Positions 17,828-26,343 of a stretch of 32,000 nt of DNA are shown here, piece after piece (the first letter of the stretch is position 1; every line of letters starts with the position of its first letter). The position numbers were made by a program, and so were the translations under genes. Location: positions 210,001-242,000 of the forward strand of contig CAZKBG010000001.1 in assembly GCA_964551375.1 (NCBI GenBank), read 5' to 3'. The notes beneath the pieces are model-generated. The model was not told the DNA's origin. It did no database searches and worked only from the letters and a program-made list of their open reading frames with translations. The stretch is from an uncultured archaeon. Lineage in GTDB: Archaea > Iainarchaeota > Iainarchaeia > Iainarchaeales > JAAZKV01.

Positions 17828-18949
17828 ATGAAGATTTTGTACTTTTACTGCGGAGAAGGGCTAGGACACACTACCCGAACTATTGCAGCAGGAAAAGCGC
17901 TTGAAAAAGACCATGATGTAGTATATGCATCATACGGTTATGCAAAGGAATTTGCCGAAAAATCAGGACTTGCTGTCGAAGAAGCGCCAGTAGAACTTGA
18001 ACTCGCTGGAAAAAACGGACAATTTGATATTTCAAAATCAATAATGACAACAATAACAAAGACACGCCCGGCAAATGTGCTAAAATATACCGCTCTAATG
18101 AACAAACACAAGCCGGATTTAGTAATGTCAGACAGCTTTTTTCTCCCTGCAGTTCTTGCGCAGAGAAAGAAAATCCCTGTTTGGATGCTATTAAATCAGA
18201 CAAATGTTTCAAGCTTCTTTAACGCAAGCCAGAGAACATCCGTTCATTTAGTAGGGGGAATTGCAAGAAGATTAACATTTTCCACTCTTGAAAAAATGGA
18301 CAAAGTTTTAGTAACAGACTTTGCAGCCCCATTTACAGTATGCAGGGAAAGTTTATACTTCACTCCAAAACTTTACGAAAAAATCCACTACACAGGACCT
18401 ATTGTAAGAAAACAAGGACATGAACTGAGGCATAAAAATGGAAGAAAAACAGTGCACTCAACAATAGGCGGGTTTGGATACAGAGCAGAGCTTCTCAAAA
18501 AGATTGTTGAAGTTGCAAAAAATATGCCTGATTATAAATTTAATATAGTAGCAGGGCCTAATGCCAAAATTGATTCAACTGCAAAAAATACCCACACTTA
18601 CGGCGCAGTGCTTGACCAAATCAGTTTAATGAATGAGGCAAGCATGGTAATTAACGGCGGAGGACACTCAGCAATGATGGAATCAATCTGCCTTGGAAAA
18701 CCAATCCTATCAGCCCCTGATGCTTTCCACAGCGAACAGGAAGCAAACGCCAACGGGATACAAAAACTCGGAATCGGATATAGAATTGAATACAAAACAC
18801 CAGGAAGTTTAATTGAAGGAATGATACGAGAGCTTTGTGAGTCAAAAGAAATCCAAAAAAGGGCAAAACACATGCAAAAACTTGCAGAGAAAAATGACGG
18901 AAGAAAAGAAATAGCAAGACTTGCAAAAGAATTCAGCCACAGGCTTTAG
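17828..18949 (+). CDS. GT-B glycosyltransferase (MurG/GT28-like, MJ1255/TIGR00661-like)
   Basis: N-terminus MKILYFYCGEGLGHTTRTIAAGKAL (Gly-rich loop). C-terminal nucleotide-sugar half ..MVINGGGHSAMMESICLGKPILSAP..EQEANA. Confidence 0.75.
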   Translation: MKILYFYCGEGLGHTTRTIAAGKALEKDHDVVYASYGYAKEFAEKSGLAVEEAPVELELAGKNGQFDISKSIMTTITKTRPANVLKYTALMNKHKPDLVMSDSFFLPAVLAQRKKIPVWMLLNQTNVSSFFNASQRTSVHLVGGIARRLTFSTLEKMDKVLVTDFAAPFTVCRESLYFTPKLYEKIHYTGPIVRKQGHELRHKNGRKTVHSTIGGFGYRAELLKKIVEVAKNMPDYKFNIVAGPNAKIDSTAKNTHTYGAVLDQISLMNEASMVINGGGHSAMMESICLGKPILSAPDAFHSEQEANANGIQKLGIGYRIEYKTPGSLIEGMIRELCESKEIQKRAKHMQKLAEKNDGRKEIARLAKEFSHRL

Positions 18950-19048
18950 TTCTTAATAATTAAAAATGCGCGGATACTTGCGAATGCCTTATTCAGCTAA
19001 CATAGTTAAGTTAAAAAACCACAAAGTTCTAATTGTTCAAGTGATTAA

Positions 19049-19624
19049 ATGGCTCAAAATTTATGCAAGGATTTTTTGTGGCTGACAAAAAAAAGAAAAA
19101 CTACTTATGAATTTTCAGAAAAGCAGGTTTCAGATTCAAATATAAGCAAAGTTCTTGAGTCAGGAAGATGGGCATCAAGCTCGCATAACTGCCAGCCTTG
19201 GCAATTTATTGTTGTCAAAAAAAAGAAAAAAATTGACGAACTTATGAGAATATGCACTTACGGCGGATTTTATTCGGAGCCCCCTGTTTTAATCGCAGTG
19301 GTTCTTGAGCCGATTTATATAAAGCAAAAAGCGCTTCTTGAAGGGGATTTGTCGACTTTCGCATCCACCCATAAGTATCTAAATATTGGAATGGCTGTTT
19401 CAAACATGGTTCACGAAGCAACCGCGCATAATATAGAAACATGCATTTTATCCCCTGTTGTTGCAAAAGCAAATAAAGCTCTTTCTGTTCCAAAAGAAAG
19501 CGAAGTTGTCCTGATTATCGGATTGGGATACCCTGCAAAAGGAGCATTTTATCCGCCAAGATCAAGACTTGACTTTACGCAGGTTGTTTCTTACGAAAAA
19601 TACGAAAAGAAGGCAAGAGAATGA
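19049..19624 (+). CDS. Nitroreductase-family flavoprotein
   Basis: RKTTYEFSEKQVSD..ILESGRWASSSHNCQPWQFIVV.., the typical nitroreductase signature. 191 aa. Confidence 0.85.
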   Translation: MAQNLCKDFLWLTKKRKTTYEFSEKQVSDSNISKVLESGRWASSSHNCQPWQFIVVKKKKKIDELMRICTYGGFYSEPPVLIAVVLEPIYIKQKALLEGDLSTFASTHKYLNIGMAVSNMVHEATAHNIETCILSPVVAKANKALSVPKESEVVLIIGLGYPAKGAFYPPRSRLDFTQVVSYEKYEKKARE

Positions 19625-20172
19625 GCGCAAAAATAATCCAGTCAAAGATTTCAAAAGCCTTCTCAAAGGATATTAAATCTGTTCTTATTTTGAGCAAATC
19701 TTCAGACAATGAAATCGTCCTTGCTAATTCGCTAAAAGCTCTTTTGCAGAAAAAGAAAAAAGGAATATTTGTGAGCCTGTCAAAAACGCACACTTTGATA
19801 AAAAGAATGCTTGACAGAGAAGGAATTAATTATTCAGGGCTAAAATTTGTAGACTGCATAAGCATGACGCTTGGAGAATTTGAAAAAGACAAGTCAGTCA
19901 CTTTCATCGGCGGGCCAAGCTCATTAACAGAGCTTTCAATAAGCCTAAACGGGATAACTGAAGTTGGTGGGTATGATTTTATTTTCTTTGATTCGCTTTC
20001 AACATTAAGGCTTTACAATGACGAGTCAAAATCAGAAAAATTCATGCACTTCATGCTCAATAAATTCAGCATGCTCGGGCTTAAAACAATAATTTTCTCA
20101 CTTGATGACCAGAGCTCATTAAATCTTGTTCCAATAATTTCCCAGTTCTGCGACTTAAAAATTGACGCTTGA
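19621..20172 (+). CDS. RecA/KaiC-like protein lacking a Walker A motif (DUF835-like), paralogue 1
   Basis: 183 aa. Its start overlaps the nitroreductase stop (ATGA). KaiC-like strand/helix pattern GIFVSLSKTHTLIKRML..FVDCIS..YDFIFFDSLSTLRLYND..KFMHFMLNK..LKTIIFSL, with no GxxxxGK[ST]. It is clearly homologous to 28658..29170. Confidence 0.55.
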   Translation: MSAKIIQSKISKAFSKDIKSVLILSKSSDNEIVLANSLKALLQKKKKGIFVSLSKTHTLIKRMLDREGINYSGLKFVDCISMTLGEFEKDKSVTFIGGPSSLTELSISLNGITEVGGYDFIFFDSLSTLRLYNDESKSEKFMHFMLNKFSMLGLKTIIFSLDDQSSLNLVPIISQFCDLKIDA

Positions 20173-20337
20173 GAAAAACTAAAATCTGATTTCTTTAATA
20201 CAATTCGCAGCTTTATCTCTACAAAGCATACAAACAGCCCTTTTTTGAATTAGAGTTTATTCGCTTTTTTTAGGGCAAAAACATCAAAAAGATAAGAAGC
20301 CGCCGCGATAAACGCGACGGTGTAATTCGAAAAGCAA

Positions 20338-20469
20338 TTACTGTCTTGCTCTCTGTCTTAAGTATCTCTTTTTTCTTCTCATTCTCTTTGACTTTTTCTT
20401 ACACCATTTCCATCTTTGTCTAGCTCGTGTTTTCTTGAACCTGCTAGTATCTTTTGTCCTTGTAGCCAT
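20338..20469 (-). CDS. rpl41e: Ribosomal protein eL41-like small basic protein
   Basis: Below the ORF-track cut-off. Reverse translation: MATRTKDTSRFKKTRARQRWKWCKKKSKRMRRKKRYLRQRARQ*. The RWKW.KK..R.RR.KR core resembles archaeal/eukaryotic eL41. A GC hairpin follows the stop. Confidence 0.55.
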   Translation of the reverse strand: MATRTKDTSRFKKTRARQRWKWCKKKSKRMRRKKRYLRQRARQ

Positions 20470-20586
20470 TTTTTCTTCACCAAGCATGCCCGTTAAAGGC
20501 AATCAATTAATCAATTCGAAACCAAAAAGCTTTATAAATCAATTCAATTGGCTTAATTTTGCATTTTAACTGCGCGTATAACCTAA

Positions 20587-20727
20587 TTACTTCTTTCCCA
20601 CAATCATTTTTGCAAGTTCCAGCTTTTCGCTGTCGCTAAGAGCGTCAAAAATCTTCTTAACAAGCCTCTTTCTCTCCGCTTTTGACAGCCCCCTAAAATA
20701 ATTAAGCGCCATTTCTTCCATCATCAT
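20587..20727 (-). CDS. 46-aa helical small protein (candidate)
   Basis: Reverse translation: MMMEEMALNYFRGLSKAERKRLVKKIFDALSDSEKLELAKMIVGKK*. It fills the gap between pyrG and the eL41-like gene on the same strand. No family recognised. Confidence 0.3.
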   Translation of the reverse strand: MMMEEMALNYFRGLSKAERKRLVKKIFDALSDSEKLELAKMIVGKK

Positions 20728-20772
20728 TAACCACCGTGCTAAAAAAACCAAAAATATACTCATTTCACTTAC

Positions 20773-22395
20773 TTAAATCTTTGTTAATGCAGCTTTGACA
20801 AGCCCAAAGAAGAGCGGAGAGGGTTTTTCAAGGCTTGATTTAAGCTCCGGATGCGCCTGTGTCGCAACAAAATAGGGGTGATTTTTTAATTCAATAAATT
20901 CAACAAGCGTTTTGTCTTCAGAAAAGCCTGAAAGGACAAGCCCTCCTCCTGAAAGGATTTTGTGATAATTTGGATTCACTTCAAATCTGTGCCTGTGCCG
21001 TTCAAAAGCAGATTTTCCATTGTATAATTTTGCGACAACGCTTGAGTCCATTAATTTTGCCTCATATTTCCCAAGCCTCATTGTTCCGCCCATATCAACA
21101 ACTTTCTTTTGAGCATCCATTAAAGTTATTACTTTATGAGAAGCATCCAGATTCATTTCAGTTGAATCAGCCCCGTTTAAATTGCATACATTTCTTGAGT
21201 ACTCTACTACCGCTGCCTGCAATCCCAGGCATATTCCAAGAAAAGGGAGATTATTTTCTCTCGCATATTTTACTAAACTAATTTTTCCTTCCCACCCTCT
21301 TGTTCCAAATCCTCCAGGAACAATTACTCCGTCAAGCCCTTTTACTAATTCGCTTACATCTTCACCCTGCTCGATTTTTTCAGAGTCAATAAAACTTATT
21401 TTTACTTTAGAATCAAGATTTGCCGCTGAATGATTGAGCGCTTCAACTATGCTTGCATAAGAATCCCCAAGCGCAGTGTACTTTCCGCATATTCCAATAT
21501 TAATTTCTTTTGCAGCAGAACCGCTTTTTGCTTCGACCATCTGCTTTGCAAGCTTTTCCCACTTAAAAATAGCGTCATCATCTTTCTTCCCAAGCTTTAA
21601 TCCAAGTTTTTCATCAAGCACTTTCAAAAAGCCCTGCTCTTTAAGCTTAAGCGGCGCGATATACACTGACTTTACATCAATTGCGGTAAAAACACTGTTT
21701 TCTTTTACATTGCAAAACAACGCAATTTTCTTTTTTGTTTTTTCAGTTAGCATTTCACTGCATCGGCAGGCAATAACATCTGGCCAGATTCCAATTTTAT
21801 TTAATTCTCTCACGCTCAACTGGGTTGGTTTTGATTTCTGCTCATGAACTCCCTCAGGAATTGGAACATAGGATAAGTGAACAAATAAAACATTCTCCCT
21901 TCCCACATCCTGAGCAAGCTCTCTCACTGCTTCAAGATAAAGAGCGTTTTCCATATCCCCAACAGTTCCTCCGATTTCAATCAGCAGAACTTCAGCTCCA
22001 GCGTCTTTTGCAACATTAAGAATCTGGCTCTTTATTTCTTCAGTAACATGAGGAACAAACTGAACTGTTTTTCCCAAATACTCCCCCTTTCTTTCCTTTT
22101 GGAGAATATTTTTGAAAACTTTTCCCATTGTAAGATTCCACGAGCCTTTAGCAGTTACTCCGAGAAATCTTTCATAGTGCCCAAAATCCATGTCGCACTC
22201 TGTTCCGTCATCAAGAACAAATACTTCGCCGTGCTCAATTGGATTCATGGTGCCGGGGTCAACATTCAAATAGCCGTCGCACTTAACCGCAGCGCACTTA
22301 TAAGACGAGGAGATCAATTTTCCAATAGAAGCCGTCAGAATTCCCTTTCCAAGTCCGGAAAGCACTCCGCCCGTTACTACAATTATCTTGGGCAT
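20773..22395 (-). CDS. pyrG: CTP synthase
   Basis: 540 aa. MPKIIVVTGGVLSGLGKGI..(synthetase domain), then the GATase domain with LGICLGLQ and HRHRFEVN. Confidence 0.96.
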   Translation of the reverse strand: MPKIIVVTGGVLSGLGKGILTASIGKLISSSYKCAAVKCDGYLNVDPGTMNPIEHGEVFVLDDGTECDMDFGHYERFLGVTAKGSWNLTMGKVFKNILQKERKGEYLGKTVQFVPHVTEEIKSQILNVAKDAGAEVLLIEIGGTVGDMENALYLEAVRELAQDVGRENVLFVHLSYVPIPEGVHEQKSKPTQLSVRELNKIGIWPDVIACRCSEMLTEKTKKKIALFCNVKENSVFTAIDVKSVYIAPLKLKEQGFLKVLDEKLGLKLGKKDDDAIFKWEKLAKQMVEAKSGSAAKEINIGICGKYTALGDSYASIVEALNHSAANLDSKVKISFIDSEKIEQGEDVSELVKGLDGVIVPGGFGTRGWEGKISLVKYARENNLPFLGICLGLQAAVVEYSRNVCNLNGADSTEMNLDASHKVITLMDAQKKVVDMGGTMRLGKYEAKLMDSSVVAKLYNGKSAFERHRHRFEVNPNYHKILSGGGLVLSGFSEDKTLVEFIELKNHPYFVATQAHPELKSSLEKPSPLFFGLVKAALTKI

Positions 22396-22588
22396 TTGAA
22401 ATTAGGGTTGATTCTAGTATAAAAGGATTCACTTATCCATTAAAAATTTGGACAGGAATTTTTAGCTTAAATTTAAAATAAAAATCGCTAAGAAAAAATG
22501 GAATTCTCATTTAATCTTAGCATTTTACTGAAACCTATTATCAGCGCAGTTCATTTTGCCTACTAACCGGTATTTTAGCGCAAAACAT

Positions 22589-22783
22589 TCACTGCTTGAA
22601 ATACATGTACGCCATGAATATCGCTGACAGGGCTACAAGCACATACACGATATTCTCGAGTATTGACACCGAGCCGAAGATTAGCTTCACTAGGTTCATG
22701 TTGAATGCATATAGACCCCAGTTGATTCCACCAATTATCACTAGGATTGCTGCTATTATTTCAATTGCGTTTTTTTCTGCCAT
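22589..22783 (-). CDS. DUF378-family small membrane protein
   Basis: Start at the internal Met: MAEKNAIEIIAAILVIIGGINWGLYAFNMNLV.. The GG(I/L)NWGL motif is typical of DUF378. 64 aa, 2 TM. Confidence 0.65.
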   Translation of the reverse strand: MAEKNAIEIIAAILVIIGGINWGLYAFNMNLVKLIFGSVSILENIVYVLVALSAIFMAYMYFKQ

Positions 22784-22935
22784 ACAGTTCACCTCGATTA
22801 GCGCATTTACCTGCGCACTGTGGTAAATTGATACTTGCACTTCAAAATTTATATATTGAAAAGAAGTTTTGGAGAATTTAGCTAAAATTATCACAATAAA
22901 CAAATGATTATAAATTCATATGTTCTACTTTTATA

Positions 22936-23325
22936 ATGCAGTTAAAACAAGCAATAATTATAATCACATTGGCAGCAACTGCATTGCTTTTATTTGGATG
23001 CACCCAGCAAAGCTCGGACACCAAGGGCAATCAGGCGCAGGGAAATCTCACACCATCTCCAACCGACCAGAATTCTGCTCTTGTGATAATAACACTCAGC
23101 GATGTGTCAAAACACAATACTTCAAGCGACTGCTGGACAATAGTGAACGGCAAAGCATATGATGTTACAGTTTATCTTCCTACCCACCCTGCAGGAAGCG
23201 CGCCAATATCCTGCGGAGGAGATTCAACAGCAAATTTCTCAACAAGAATGGGACAAGGGCCCCACCCTCAAAAAGCAACTGATAACCTCGCAAAAATGTA
23301 CAAAGGGCAGTTAGTTGCTGAATAA
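22936..23325 (+). CDS. Cytochrome b5-like heme/steroid-binding domain lipoprotein
   Basis: Signal peptide plus lipobox (ATALLLFGCTQ). The domain reads ITLSDVSKHNTSSDCWTIVNGKAYDVTVYLPTHPAGS.., i.e. the b5 pattern ..H.....CW..i.g.VYDvT.f...HPGG. Confidence 0.7.
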   Translation: MQLKQAIIIITLAATALLLFGCTQQSSDTKGNQAQGNLTPSPTDQNSALVIITLSDVSKHNTSSDCWTIVNGKAYDVTVYLPTHPAGSAPISCGGDSTANFSTRMGQGPHPQKATDNLAKMYKGQLVAE

Positions 23326-23385
23326 TTATAATAAAAATAGAAGGCACAAGAGATTAATATTAATACAAGAGTAAATGTGATTTTT

Positions 23386-23913
23386 ATGGATAAAAGAATT
23401 ATCTTATCAGCGACTATTATTCTATTCGCATTACTTATATTTGGATGCACGCAGACACAAACTCAAAACCAGGCGACTCCAAACACTCAAACTCAAACAA
23501 TACAAAACAATGGACAGCCAGATTATAACCCAAACAGCGCGCCCCAAATCAACGATATAAATTCGGACGCAAATACGAATAAGGATATTTTGCCTGCTCA
23601 AACTGACACTAATAATCAAGGCGTACTAAACCCAGCGGACACAAACACCCCTGCAGAAGCGGCTCCACCGCAACAAGTGGCAGTGTCAATCCAGAATTTT
23701 GAATTCAGCCCGAATACAATTACTGTTAAAGTAGGAACAACTGTTACATGGACTAATAATGATTCGGCACAGCATACAGTAACCGGCGGCGCATTAGATT
23801 CACCTACTTTAAACCAAGGACAAACATATTCACACACTTTCACCCAAGCAGGAACGAGCGATTACATTTGCATATTCCACCAATCAATGAGGGGAAAAGT
23901 AATTGTTGAGTAA
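23386..23913 (+). CDS. Cupredoxin (plastocyanin/amicyanin-like blue-copper) lipoprotein
   Basis: Signal peptide plus lipobox (FALLIFGCTQ), a Q/T/N-rich linker, then VSIQNFEFSPNTITVKVGTTVTWTNNDSAQHTV...YICIFHQSMRGKVIVE, giving H...C-x2-H-x2-M type-1 Cu ligands. Confidence 0.8.
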   Translation: MDKRIILSATIILFALLIFGCTQTQTQNQATPNTQTQTIQNNGQPDYNPNSAPQINDINSDANTNKDILPAQTDTNNQGVLNPADTNTPAEAAPPQQVAVSIQNFEFSPNTITVKVGTTVTWTNNDSAQHTVTGGALDSPTLNQGQTYSHTFTQAGTSDYICIFHQSMRGKVIVE

Positions 23914-23985
23914 TTAATAGTTCAAATTATCCGCCACCGCAAAGCTATTTAACTCCAAAAACCTAACTCAAATGGTGAATAAATT

Positions 23986-24204
23986 ATGTTTCAAGAAATA
24001 AGCTATTCGATGATTTTTGGAAAACCACTAATATTGTGGCTCGGAGTGACGACATTAATTCTTCTGATAGCTACTGCAAAAATAGGGTACCTGCACTTCA
24101 AGGGAAATCCGCACGTAAAATTCGCATGGCACAAATATCTTGCAATAGTTTTGGTAATAATCGCAGTAATACACGGAGCTCTTGGAATACTCGCATATTT
24201 CTAA
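23986..24204 (+). CDS. Small 2-TM His-containing membrane protein (DUF4405-like?)
   Basis: 72 aa, two TM helices with His residues at helix ends (YLHF, WHKYL, VIHGAL). It lies directly downstream of the cupredoxin on the same strand. Confidence 0.4.
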   Translation: MFQEISYSMIFGKPLILWLGVTTLILLIATAKIGYLHFKGNPHVKFAWHKYLAIVLVIIAVIHGALGILAYF

Positions 24205-24318
24205 AAAGATTAGTCTCAAAAACAAACTAAATTCTAAAAATAGCCAAACTTCTAAAAGAACAAATTCAAATCTTCACTTTTAGAAAAAGTTAAATACTAG
24301 ACAAATCATACTAAAAGC

Positions 24319-24987
24319 ATGGGACAAAACAGCATCTATATTTTCCGACACGGACAGACAACATTTAACCGAGACGGAAGATTTACTGGATTTAAAAATC
24401 CCAAACTCACAAAACTCGGAATAAAGCAGGCAAGAATTGTTGCAAAAAAGTTAGCTCACAAAAAATTCACAGTTGCAATTCACACAAGACTTGTCCGCTC
24501 AAAACAAACATTAAATGAAGTTCTTGCTTTCCACCCAGAATGCAAAACAATACTAATTGACGACAGAATGATTGAGAGAAATTACGGAAGGCTAAACGGC
24601 AAAACTCATAAAGAATTTATTAAAAAAATTGGAAAGAAAATTTACCAGCTTGAAGTGCAGGGCGATTTGATACACGAGCTTGACCCCAAGGGCAGAAGAG
24701 AAGTTGAGAACTTTTTGGGGGAGCAGGAATACAATTTAATCCACAGAGGGTATTTTACTCCGCCGCCAGGGGGAGAAAGCTTTGCAGATGTTGAAAAAAG
24801 AGTGGGCAGATTCATAAAATACCTGATTGGATATATAAAAAAGAACAAAGTTAATGTCGCAATATCCGCGCACGGAAACTCAATAAGGTTGTTTAGAAAA
24901 ATTATGGAAGATGCGACTCCAAAAGTGGCAACTACATGGATAATTCCGTACGATAATTACTACGAGTACAAAATAAAGACCCGCTGA
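24319..24987 (+). CDS. Histidine phosphatase superfamily protein (cofactor-dependent phosphoglycerate mutase-like)
   Basis: IYIFRHGQTTFN (RHG catalytic motif) and a second His in ISAHGNSIR. 222 aa. A TTAAATA box lies -29 to -23 from the ATG. Confidence 0.75.
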   Translation: MGQNSIYIFRHGQTTFNRDGRFTGFKNPKLTKLGIKQARIVAKKLAHKKFTVAIHTRLVRSKQTLNEVLAFHPECKTILIDDRMIERNYGRLNGKTHKEFIKKIGKKIYQLEVQGDLIHELDPKGRREVENFLGEQEYNLIHRGYFTPPPGGESFADVEKRVGRFIKYLIGYIKKNKVNVAISAHGNSIRLFRKIMEDATPKVATTWIIPYDNYYEYKIKTR

Positions 24988-24989
24988 AT

Positions 24990-26285
24990 TTATTTCCCAA
25001 AGCTTTTGCCGAAATATTTGGCGCTTTTTCCAATCTCTTCCTCAATTCTCAAAAGCTGATTGTACTTTGCGAGCCTTTCACTTCGGCAAGGAGCGCCTGT
25101 TTTGATTTCACCCGCGCCAAGACCCACAACTAAATCCGCAATAAACGAATCTTCAGTTTCTCCGCTTCTGTGCGAAACCATTACATTCCACCCATTTTTC
25201 TTTGCCAACTTAAACGCTTCAATCGATTCAATAACAGTCCCTATCTGATTTACTTTCAAAAGCAAAGCGTTGCAAGCTTTTTTCTCAACAGCAAGTTTTA
25301 TTCTTTTAACATTAGTGACAAGCAAATCATCGCCTACAATCTGAACTTTGCCCCCAAGCGATTTTGTCAGCTTTGCATAAGATTCAAAATCATCCTGATC
25401 AAAAGGGTCCTCAATTGAAACAATGTCATAATTTTTCACAAGCTTTGAATAATACTCAATCAGTTCGCTTCCATTCAGCCAATTTGACTTTTGACTTTTA
25501 AAAGCCAAATTATAAGATTTCTTTTTTGAGTCAAAGAACTCGCTTGCGGCAACATCCATTCCAATTCTTACTTTCCCTTTATACCCGGCTTTTTGAATTG
25601 CTTGCGTTAGTAAATCAAGAGCCTCTTTTGCATCCTTAACATTAGGCGCAAATCCCCCCTCATCGCCGGAATTAATCGCATTCTGCCCGTATTTTTCCTT
25701 AATTATCCCGCGCAAGGTGTGGAAAACTTCCGCCCCATATCTTAACCCTTCAGAAAAAGACGGAGCGCCTGTTGGAAGAATCATAAACTCCTGCATTGCA
25801 AGCTCGTTTCCCGCATGCTTTCCTCCGTTAATTACATTAAAGCTTGGAACAGGAAGAACAACATTTTTTACCCCAGCAATTTGAGCAATATGATTGTAAA
25901 TAGAATTCTTTTTCCCTTCCGCCCCGGCCTTGCACACCGCCATTGAAACGGCAAGCATTGCATTTGCCCCAAGCTTTGATTTATTTTCAGTCCCGTCAGT
26001 TTTAATCATTAGTTCATCAATTTCTTTTTGCTTTGCTGGATCCTTGTTTATTAAAAGCGGGGCAATTATTTTGTTCATATTTTCAACAGCTTTTAAAACT
26101 CCTTTCCCAGCGTATCTTTTTTTATCCCCATCTCTTAACTCAAGCGCTTCATACACTCCAGTGCTTGCTCCGCTTGGAACACTCGCCCTAAATAATCCAT
26201 TTTCAGTAATTATGTCACATTCAACAGTAGGATTTCCCCTTGAATCCAAAATCTCTCTTGCTTTAACATTCAAAATTCTTGCCAT
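24990..26285 (-). CDS. eno: Enolase
   Basis: 431 aa. [43 protein letters not shown], and ..[17 protein letters not shown]. Confidence 0.97.
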   Translation of the reverse strand: MARILNVKAREILDSRGNPTVECDIITENGLFRASVPSGASTGVYEALELRDGDKKRYAGKGVLKAVENMNKIIAPLLINKDPAKQKEIDELMIKTDGTENKSKLGANAMLAVSMAVCKAGAEGKKNSIYNHIAQIAGVKNVVLPVPSFNVINGGKHAGNELAMQEFMILPTGAPSFSEGLRYGAEVFHTLRGIIKEKYGQNAINSGDEGGFAPNVKDAKEALDLLTQAIQKAGYKGKVRIGMDVAASEFFDSKKKSYNLAFKSQKSNWLNGSELIEYYSKLVKNYDIVSIEDPFDQDDFESYAKLTKSLGGKVQIVGDDLLVTNVKRIKLAVEKKACNALLLKVNQIGTVIESIEAFKLAKKNGWNVMVSHRSGETEDSFIADLVVGLGAGEIKTGAPCRSERLAKYNQLLRIEEEIGKSAKYFGKSFGK

Positions 26286-26343
26286 TTATTCACCAAAACA
26301 TTCACTTAATTTGCATTAATAAAAGCCCAAAGGGTTTATTAGT

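Noticed and set aside
20970-22422. Long antisense ORFs inside pyrG (e.g. 21476..21847, 22048..22422), with similar cases inside eno (25930..26319) and alaS (7450..7743)
   Set aside because: They sit opposite strongly supported conserved genes. The peptides are low-complexity S/F/L-rich, typical of antisense frames in AT-rich coding DNA.
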